A stretch of DNA of 64,000 nucleotides from Bacilli bacterium (GTDB taxonomy: Bacteria; Bacillota_I; Bacilli_A; RFN20; CAG-826). The DNA lies in NCBI GenBank assembly GCA_024695235.1, contig JAILIP010000020.1, forward strand, positions 543 through 64,542. The letters run 5' to 3'. The stretch's first letter is position 1; each line of letters starts with the position of its first letter. This document shows positions 63,378 to 64,000 of this stretch, piece by piece. Both the position numbers and the translations under genes were made by a program. The notes beneath the pieces were generated by a model that saw only the letters and a program-made list of their open reading frames with translations, was not told the origin of the DNA and did not search any database.

Positions 63378-64000
63378 ATGGGTGATTTCTTCGGTTTTGA
63401 TCACTATGAAAATGTGAGACACGGTGTTGCCTATGGATGGGAACATCTTTTATTTGTCTCTATATTTGCAGTGATTGCTATTGGCTTAGCCATCTTTTTA
63501 GGTCTTTATTATCGTAAAAGACCATTTCCTGAGAAGAACAAAGTCATTATCATGTCTGCAATCACCATTGATACGATTGAGATATTTAAGATTGTCTTCC
63601 TCTGTATTAGAGAAAAAGATCCTTTATATTTCCTTCATACATTGCCACTTCATTTCTGTTCAATATTCTTAATTGCTATTCCGTTAGCAGCCTTTTCCAG
63701 AGGAAGACTAAAAGAAGCATCATTAGATTTCATTGCTATGTTTGGTATCTTAGGTGCCGCGGCTGGAACTTATGGGGCTGCTAATTTATATTCTCAAAGA
63801 CCGGTATTTTGCTTTGAAAACTTGATATCTGCGACAACACATTGGATAAGTGGCTTTGTCTCGTTATACATCATCATTTCTAACATGATGACCTTAAAGC
63901 TAAAGAACACATGGATAGTGGCGTCTATCCTTGCTACATTCTTCGGCTTAGCCTTAATTGCAGATTACACCATACCTCCAGATGGAATTAAGATCACTAA
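63378..64000 (+). CDS. Integral membrane protein, 3' end beyond the window (possibly YwaF/TIGR02206-like)
   Basis: Frame open from ATG 63378 to the window end (207 codons) with multiple TM segments. It has no stop, so it is absent from the ORF track. Confidence 0.6.
   Translation, partial: MGDFFGFDHYENVRHGVAYGWEHLLFVSIFAVIAIGLAIFLGLYYRKRPFPEKNKVIIMSAITIDTIEIFKIVFLCIREKDPLYFLHTLPLHFCSIFLIAIPLAAFSRGRLKEASLDFIAMFGILGAAAGTYGAANLYSQRPVFCFENLISATTHWISGFVSLYIIISNMMTLKLKNTWIVASILATFFGLALIADYTIPPDGIKIT

Noticed and set aside
1-64000. Possibility of genetic code 4 (UGA=Trp), given the Mollicutes-like gene content
   Set aside because: TGA terminates well-defined genes (glpQ-like at 45200-45202, hydrolase at 48592-48594) in ATGA overlaps. 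Long ORFs are intact under the standard code with Trp as TGG.
1-64000. CRISPR arrays, transposases, integrases, restriction-modification or other known defence modules
   Set aside because: I found no regularly spaced direct repeats and no ORF with recombinase, nuclease or methylase motifs. Apart from the KilA-N gene, the window looks like core metabolic and transport DNA.

Overview
AT-rich (by eye about one-third GC, not computed) chromosomal segment from a low-GC Firmicutes/Mollicutes-like anaerobe. The standard code applies: TGA is a stop (ATGA stop/start overlaps at 45199-45202 and 48592-48595) and Trp is TGG. Every exported protein I can read is either a lipoprotein (lipobox Cys) or carries a C-terminal TM anchor. 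No LPXTG, peptidoglycan or S-layer genes are visible, which fits a wall-less or wall-reduced lifestyle; this is inference. Content in order: (1) hypB(partial), a 966-aa Fe-S flavoprotein and hypA, then rex-adhE. (2) A tightly coupled set of a giant MacB-like fused ABC protein, a divergent [FeFe]-hydrogenase-like protein and a GT4 glycosyltransferase. (3) A lipoprotein, two ABC ATPases, an ABC-2 permease and a Cof-type HAD. (4) A second MacB-like fusion, NUDIX and tRNA-His. (5) An XRE-type membrane regulator and a membrane-anchored surface protein. (6) An ~18-kb, 11-gene minus-strand starch/maltodextrin operon (23.8-41.9 kb): GH13 amylase, repeat lipoprotein, 807-aa surface protein, MalQ, pullulanase, small lipoprotein, MalEFG-MsmK and a small membrane protein. 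(7) HAD-IIA, MFS, GlpQ, a membrane protein and PepT. (8) An alpha/beta hydrolase and a spermidine-synthase-like protein (minus strand). (9) A DUF1624-like acyltransferase, AMP-ligase, rubredoxin-like mini-ORF, MtaD-like amidohydrolase and a SHOCT protein. (10) A thioredoxin-like lipoprotein and potABCD. (11) Two tRNA clusters (Cys-Arg-Pro-Ala-CAT and CAT-Ser) flanking an orphan KilA-N gene. (12) An EamA transporter and a partial membrane protein. I saw no CRISPR array, transposase, integrase, recognisable defence system or toxin-antitoxin pair. The most interesting material is the non-catalytic surface proteins and unusual transporter extensions of the alpha-glucan locus, followed by the hyp/Fe-S flavoprotein arrangement, the variant hydrogenase, and two unannotated Cys4 mini-ORFs. 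All family calls rest on motifs read by eye; no searches were run.
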